From NCBI GenBank assembly GCA_000002435.2, contig CM018789.1: a stretch of DNA of 64,000 bases; one strand, given 5' to 3'. Below are positions 59,132 through 64,000 of this stretch, piece by piece. This DNA comes from Giardia intestinalis (taxonomy: Eukaryota). The notes under the pieces are model-generated. The model had not been told where the DNA came from. It saw nothing but the letters and a program-made list of their open reading frames with translations, and ran no database searches. Numbering within the stretch: position 1 is the first letter of the stretch; the number at the start of each line of letters is the position of its first letter. The translations under genes and the position numbers were made by a program.

Positions 59132-59518
59132 ATGCCGATACCGGAGGTGCGTCGACAATTGGCGGCACTCATCAAAGCTGTTCAGCGTGGGGAATGGCCG
59201 GCCATACTGCCGCCTGAAATTACCGCAAAAGATTACAGCATTCTTGTGCAGTACATATCTAACCCAGACCAGCGCGTTGAGGCAACACGAAAGCTGGCAG
59301 GACTGATAGTGGACCTGAAGACCAACGCACGCTTGCTTCTGGACTCCAATCCGTTTGCTACAGAGAAGGAGCAGCTGCGGCAGATCTTCCGGGAGCAGGA
59401 GCAGCTTATTCCGAACGCGTCGATCGGGTGCTCCTTCAGCCGGCGCAGCCTCCTGCTTTCGCACAACACGAGTAGGGCGAGCGTCCTTCAGTCACAGAGC
59501 GCCTCGTTCAGCGAGTAA
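59132..59518 (+). CDS. Hypothetical small protein (128 aa)
   Basis: ATG at 59132 after a 62-bp divergent spacer. Open frame MPIPEVRRQLAALIKAVQRGEWPAIL.... No recognised family. Confidence 0.45.
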   Translation: MPIPEVRRQLAALIKAVQRGEWPAILPPEITAKDYSILVQYISNPDQRVEATRKLAGLIVDLKTNARLLLDSNPFATEKEQLRQIFREQEQLIPNASIGCSFSRRSLLLSHNTSRASVLQSQSASFSE

Positions 59519-59574
59519 ACCCAACCAATACAACCATACTACCTATACAATTTATATGTTCTCGCGCAGGCGAC

Positions 59575-59656
59575 GGCGCTATGGCCGAGTGGTTAAGGCG
59601 ACAGACTTGAAATCTGTTGTGCGTCGCACGCGTGGGTTCGAACCCCACTGGCGCCG
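59575..59656 (+). tRNA. tRNA-Ser(UGA): tRNA-Ser (anticodon UGA), class II with a long variable arm
   Basis: Acceptor GGCGCTA pairs with TGGCGCC (one G-U pair). D-arm GCCGAGTGGTTAAGGC. Anticodon stem ACAGA/TCTGT with loop CTTGAAA (anticodon TGA). A 14-nt variable arm with a GTGCG/CGCAC hairpin. T-arm GTGGG-TTCGAAC-CCCAC. Discriminator G73. 82 nt. Confidence 0.85.
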
Positions 59657-59889
59657 CTTTCGTCTGGGCTTCCGCCGGGATAACGCTTCATGCTATGCGC
59701 TCACTTCTCCGTCGAGCACTGCATCCACCTCCAACTCTGGTGCTACCAGCGGACCCCAAGACCTTTTGGACGAGCGTCGATATGTTATGGCTGTCCTAGC
59801 GCACACTAATAAAGCTGGAGATGGCAGAGCAATTTTGAGCCTAGAAGCCACACATAATGGAAAGTACATATTAACTGCAAACGTGTGAT

Positions 59890-60520
59890 GATGATTCACT
59901 CCGCCCACCGGCTGCCCCCGGCGCTAGCTATTGAGCTCCGCGACGGACCCTCCATCCTTGGCCGTGGAGCGGGGCTCCTCAAGGCAGCAGGGGGCCAGCG
60001 CGGTCGCCGCTCCCATCCCCAGCCGCCGGGCTAGCACGCCCACTGAGCCGCGACAGGCCCATCAGAGTCTACTTGTTTGCATGTTCTGCGGAGGGCGGCG
60101 CGTTTCTACCGTGGGTCAGGGGGCGAGGGATCTCGTCGGAAGCCGTGCAGATGCACCGATCGGGCAGCAGCCCCAGAAGATCGCCAGCCTGGCCTGTGCT
60201 GGCAAGTCGGGCAGTGGCGACGAGCGCTCCGGTCCGGGAGAACATGGTCTGCCCGTGTCTTCGCGCTGTCCACCGGCGGCCCCTCGCCTCCCGATCTGCT
60301 GCCCACGGGTGAGGACGGGGGCGACAATCGTTGCGGCCCTTGATGGCCCGCTGGGGGCCGGGCTCCTGCCATGTCAGAGGCAGATGCGCAGCCCGGCCCT
60401 AGAGCCAGCCCTGGATGAGTCCCTGCACCGCGCCCCGGGCGGCCTCGCTGGCGGCGGCGGCGGCCCTGACCCCGTGTGCCTTCGCCTCGTAGGGGGCCAG
60501 GGCTCCGACGCACTCGATAC
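59890..60520. other. GC-rich island of about 600 bp (roughly 70% GC) between tRNA-Ser and the 3' end of the downstream ankyrin gene
   Basis: Runs of gccgccgggc, ggcggcggcggcggccc and similar. Both strands carry overlapping ORFs, as expected from GC-driven stop depletion. It contrasts sharply with the 49% GC surroundings. The last about 40 codons of the ankyrin gene (Ala-rich ...VRAAAAASEAARGAVQ...) lie inside it. Confidence 0.5.
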
Positions 60521-63500
60521 GGCCATGCTTTGCGGCATAGGTGAGTGCAGTATCACCTGCCGGTGTCACTATGTTGGCCTCAAGTTTAGCCAAGATTTGC
60601 ACGCATTCTACATGTCCATACGTAGAAGCAAACATAAGTGCAGTTAGGTCGAAGTTGTCTTGAGATCCAGCTTCATATGGAGCAAGCACTTTACACGCGT
60701 CCGCGTGTCCATAAATAGCTGCTAACATTAATGCAGTCCTTCCCTTAGAATCAGTGAGAGTAGCTTCAGTTGCAACTAGCTCTTTGATGGAGTTACAGTC
60801 GTCTACCATGGCCGCTATCATAAGGGCCGTTGGCTCAACCACTGGGAAAATCCCTCTTGTGTTGAAGCTGCCCTGAAGTCTTGTCCCGCTCTCCACACTC
60901 TTTAAGACGCTAACACACTCATGATGACGGTTAAGCACAGATAAGTGTAGCGCGTTATACCCCCTCTTGTTATAGTTGCCGTGCATATACAAAAACGCTT
61001 TTACATATCCTACCTCTCCAGAGATAGCCTTCTGCATGAGCTGCGTATTTCCATCATCATCTAGCAAAACATCTACCCTTAATGAGTTGACTAATTCATT
61101 AGTAAAGCAGTCCTTGCGTGCGAAAGAAGTAGCAATAGCGTATGCGGTAACACCGTTTGTCATGCAAAGATCGCGCTCTTCTAGGAGCAGTGGGATAAGT
61201 GTAAGTCTAGCGAGCAACACAGCTATCATAAGAGCTGTTTGACCTGCTGTAGTTTGTTGACGCAGTAAGCCTTCCTTAATATACCTTTTTACGGCATGAA
61301 TATCATCTGCTAGAACCGCAAACATAAGCTGCGTATATCCTGCGCTCATCAAGAGAGCCCTTTCGACAGACGCTAAAATTGCTATGGAAGTTAAGTCTCC
61401 TGAGATCATAGCTAACTCTGCAGCAAAGTGACCATCTGCATCGACCATGTTTGCTTCGTAATGCACGAGAACTTCAACAATTGCTGAGTGTCCCTGAGAT
61501 GCTGCAAACATAAGCGCCGTTTGGTGCATGTTGTTGGTGGTTTTTGCTAAGTATATACTTGCATGCACTCCGGCTAGATCTCCATGTAATGCAGCACGAT
61601 GCAGCGTAGTATTTCCATTACTATCTGCGGACGGAGAAGGACCAATAATCCGTTGTAGAGCTAAATGGTTGTGCCTCATTTGCTTCTCCCAGCGGCTCAG
61701 CATTTCTGGATCAAGATGTAGCGATGAAATCATGCTCGTGACCATGTCACCTTTAGCTAGGTTTGCGCTTGAAGTTTGCAGATCATCAGTTATAGTCTCT
61801 GTTGTACTAGCCTCAGAGCCGTGTTCAGACGTGTTAGAATATATGGACACTGGTGGGACAAAACCCAGTTCGAGAGGAACGATAAGATTACAAAGCTCCT
61901 TGTTACCGGATTGAATGGCAAGTTGGGACGCTTTTATTCCCTGCTTAGTTTGAAGTCCCACTTCGCTTCCTAGTAATATCCTCGCTACATCAACATGCCC
62001 AGCTGCACATGCCAGCATCAACGCTGTTGTTCCATCGTTTGCCTGAAGACCATAGAGTGTTGTCTTGGAAGTGACCTGGTCCATACGACCATAGAAGGCA
62101 TCGATCATGAGATCTGTGTAGCCATCTTCAACTAAAAAATCTCGCTCTACTGGCAATAATACATCAACCATATCTTTGTTACCGGCCAAGAGCGCGCACT
62201 TTAGAGCATAGGATTGCCCATCTGTTGACCGCATTCCTGATTCTGCCTCTAAAAGTGACTGATCGACGCACCTGCATCCACGCGTACCTGCTCTCAACAT
62301 CAGTGCAGTTAATCCGGCGCCATTGTATAATTTATACTGATAGGAATATTGCTTAGTAATTATAGGACCTTTCGTAATGGCTATTCGATGCAGATCATAG
62401 TTTCCTTGCTCATCAACTATGCTGTCAGGCTCGAGCATGGACAATAAGTGCTTGTGACTATTACGTTGCGCAATTTGCCAAGCTGTCTCCCCATCTGCAG
62501 AGACGATACTCTTTGTATCAAGTAGAAGCTCACAACAATCTGCATGACCTTTGGCTGCTGCATACATTAGTGCTGTCCATCCCTTGCTATCAACAAGGTT
62601 TTTCTGAGACTGAAGACACCATGTGTAATTAAAATTGCCTGCATCTGCTGCCTTCATGAGAGGTGTCATCACATGCTCAGAGCCTTGCTCGCAGAATGTG
62701 ACATCGGTAGCAGGTGGCCCTTCATAGTCCTTCAAGATAGCGCACGCCTCTTGATAGCCCATGCGAATAGCTATAGTAAGTGCGGTAGCATCTGTAAAAC
62801 TTCGTATATTATTCTCTAGTGGCGCCAAAAGATCGATGATATCCGTATGATTCATTATGGTGGCTTTCATGAGAGCCGTTTCACCGGCCTTATCTACCAG
62901 CCCTGCCTCTACACTTGCTAGTCTTGCAACAGCAGAAAGAGATCCTGCTTCTGCCGCAAACATAAGTGCGGTCTTTCCAATAAGACTGGTCGAATCTGGA
63001 TCAGCTATCCAATCTTGCTGATCAACCTGCATGCCACCTTCGACATCAATTAAGTATTCGATAGCCTGCTGATTTCCGTACTTGGCCGCCAACATCAATG
63101 CAGTCATGCCAAAGACATTCCTTAATCGTGCCTGTCGTAAGTAACAAAATGTGCTAAAGGGATCCTTATTAACTACGGCTAGCATTAGGTCAGTGTTGAA
63201 ATCACTTTCTGCCGTGGGGACGGTGTCGCTGGGACCTTCATACTGAACGAGCTCCCGTGCCAACTCCAAGAATCCGTTGGTATATGCTATTTGAAGTGCT
63301 GTAAGGCCATCAGGAGTGCGGCTACCTTGCTCATATGGAGCTAATATCCGCGCTGCATCAATATAATTCTTCTCTGCACAATAGTGAAGTGCAACCCTTC
63401 CGTCCCTGTCTGCAATGCCATGTCCATGTTGTGCAAGAATCCGAATCGCAGGGAGATAGTCTTTCTGCGTTGCTTTGTGTAGTGCAGTAAATCCGTCTTC

Positions 63501-63884
63501 GTCTGGTATGGCTGATTGTTTCTCACGCCAATACCATACTGAATCAATGTCTTCTGCCTCAACGGCAAACAAAAGGTTCGTCATGTTGTGGTTTGAAACC
63601 ACCAATGAATGATCTTGTCTTTCTAAATCGTGCAGAGCCAGTGCTATGTCAAGATGTCCGCTTTTTAGTGCATAGTGGAGTGCTGTGTGTCCCTCAGATG
63701 ATATGCGCATTGCTTCTGTGTTTAGTAACACTTGGACAATTTCATAATATCCCAAGCTCGCAGCCTCCATGAGAGCTGTCTTTGGACACAATGGAGGCGA
63801 AGTCAGACCGCGTCCAAGAAGTGCTGTAACACGGTCGAGATTCTTCTGCCTAACAGCATCTACTAAGGCGTCATACGGTGGCAT
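60399..63884 (-). CDS. Giant ankyrin-repeat protein (Protein 21.1-like), about 1160 aa, essentially all ankyrin repeats
   Basis: More than 25 tandem ankyrin repeats (GHTALHYALKSGHLDIALAL..., GFTALHKATQKDYLPAIRIL...). The track start is GTG at 63920. The first ATG at 63884 gives MPPYDALVDAVRQKNLD. Confidence 0.85.
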   Translation of the reverse strand: MPPYDALVDAVRQKNLDRVTALLGRGLTSPPLCPKTALMEAASLGYYEIVQVLLNTEAMRISSEGHTALHYALKSGHLDIALALHDLERQDHSLVVSNHNMTNLLFAVEAEDIDSVWYWREKQSAIPDEDGFTALHKATQKDYLPAIRILAQHGHGIADRDGRVALHYCAEKNYIDAARILAPYEQGSRTPDGLTALQIAYTNGFLELARELVQYEGPSDTVPTAESDFNTDLMLAVVNKDPFSTFCYLRQARLRNVFGMTALMLAAKYGNQQAIEYLIDVEGGMQVDQQDWIADPDSTSLIGKTALMFAAEAGSLSAVARLASVEAGLVDKAGETALMKATIMNHTDIIDLLAPLENNIRSFTDATALTIAIRMGYQEACAILKDYEGPPATDVTFCEQGSEHVMTPLMKAADAGNFNYTWCLQSQKNLVDSKGWTALMYAAAKGHADCCELLLDTKSIVSADGETAWQIAQRNSHKHLLSMLEPDSIVDEQGNYDLHRIAITKGPIITKQYSYQYKLYNGAGLTALMLRAGTRGCRCVDQSLLEAESGMRSTDGQSYALKCALLAGNKDMVDVLLPVERDFLVEDGYTDLMIDAFYGRMDQVTSKTTLYGLQANDGTTALMLACAAGHVDVARILLGSEVGLQTKQGIKASQLAIQSGNKELCNLIVPLELGFVPPVSIYSNTSEHGSEASTTETITDDLQTSSANLAKGDMVTSMISSLHLDPEMLSRWEKQMRHNHLALQRIIGPSPSADSNGNTTLHRAALHGDLAGVHASIYLAKTTNNMHQTALMFAASQGHSAIVEVLVHYEANMVDADGHFAAELAMISGDLTSIAILASVERALLMSAGYTQLMFAVLADDIHAVKRYIKEGLLRQQTTAGQTALMIAVLLARLTLIPLLLEERDLCMTNGVTAYAIATSFARKDCFTNELVNSLRVDVLLDDDGNTQLMQKAISGEVGYVKAFLYMHGNYNKRGYNALHLSVLNRHHECVSVLKSVESGTRLQGSFNTRGIFPVVEPTALMIAAMVDDCNSIKELVATEATLTDSKGRTALMLAAIYGHADACKVLAPYEAGSQDNFDLTALMFASTYGHVECVQILAKLEANIVTPAGDTALTYAAKHGRIECVGALAPYEAKAHGVRAAAAASEAARGAVQGLIQGWL

Positions 63885-64000
63885 AGTAAAGGCCAATCCA
63901 GTGCGTGATAGATCCTGCACGGATATGCGAGGATCAAACGTTCGTGCGGTTGAAGTTACCTTCGTCGCGCTCAGCTCAACTTGCGGGGCATTTGTGCTCC

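Noticed and set aside
59931-60647. 238-aa plus-strand and 135-aa minus-strand ORFs inside the GC-rich island
   Set aside because: Low-complexity Ala/Gly/Arg/Pro translations typical of GC-rich non-coding sequence. The starts are non-ATG. The island is reported as a compositional anomaly instead.
1-64000. Possibility that the window hides a prokaryotic defence or mobile system (CRISPR array, restriction-modification, toxin-antitoxin, integrase)
   Set aside because: All recognisable genes are eukaryotic (dynein, PTEN, ESCRT-III, DENR, Pol III subunits, ankyrin giants). There are no direct-repeat/spacer arrays, no integrase, transposase or RT ORFs, and no operon-like co-directional clusters with RBS spacing.

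Overview
This window is compact, intron-poor eukaryotic nuclear DNA, and nothing in it looks prokaryotic: no CRISPR array, no defence island, no operon. The gene content, the about 49% GC and the architecture match a diplomonad, most probably Giardia intestinalis. Several signals support this: long genes read without introns (a 5631-aa dynein heavy chain, an 1837-aa kinase, 1500/1170-aa ankyrin proteins); AT-rich divergent promoters only 17-66 bp long; 3' gaps of tens of bp carrying AGTRAAY-type poly(A) signals; and lineage hallmarks, namely a NEK kinase fused to ankyrin repeats, 'Protein 21.1'-type ankyrin giants, a secreted high-cysteine EGF-like protein, the APRT sequence, and a CGFS glutaredoxin with a long presequence. 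I call about 30 protein genes plus one tRNA-Ser(UGA). Recognisable products are: APRT; an Aa_trans amino-acid transporter; a NEK-ankyrin kinase; an RPC5-like Pol III subunit; an axonemal-type dynein heavy chain; a Las1 HEPN nuclease; PTEN; a coiled-coil protein; a SAE1-like E1 subunit; DENR; monothiol Grx5; a high-cysteine secreted protein; cytidine deaminase; a Cdc15/MAP3K-epsilon-like STE kinase; Pol I/III subunit AC19; ESCRT-III CHMP2/Vps2; an S28 serine carboxypeptidase; an OSCA/TMEM63-like channel; a bacterial-type MBL hydrolase; and two giant ankyrin proteins. Note that the supplied ORF track opens many ORFs on TTG/GTG/CTG; I moved those starts to the first ATG in an AT-rich context. The points most worth follow-up are: (i) a 290-codon open frame (28539-29411) with no in-frame ATG for about 170 codons, directly downstream of and in frame with PTEN, so a pseudogene or trans-spliced exon is possible; (ii) a roughly 600-bp island of about 70% GC (59890-60520) between the tRNA and the 3' end of an ankyrin gene; (iii) a PTEN homolog with an intact catalytic P-loop and an ambiguous start; (iv) an ATGA stop/start overlap between two same-strand genes; and (v) a dynein heavy chain uninterrupted in this window despite trans-splicing of some Giardia dynein genes. 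I found no novel multi-gene system.
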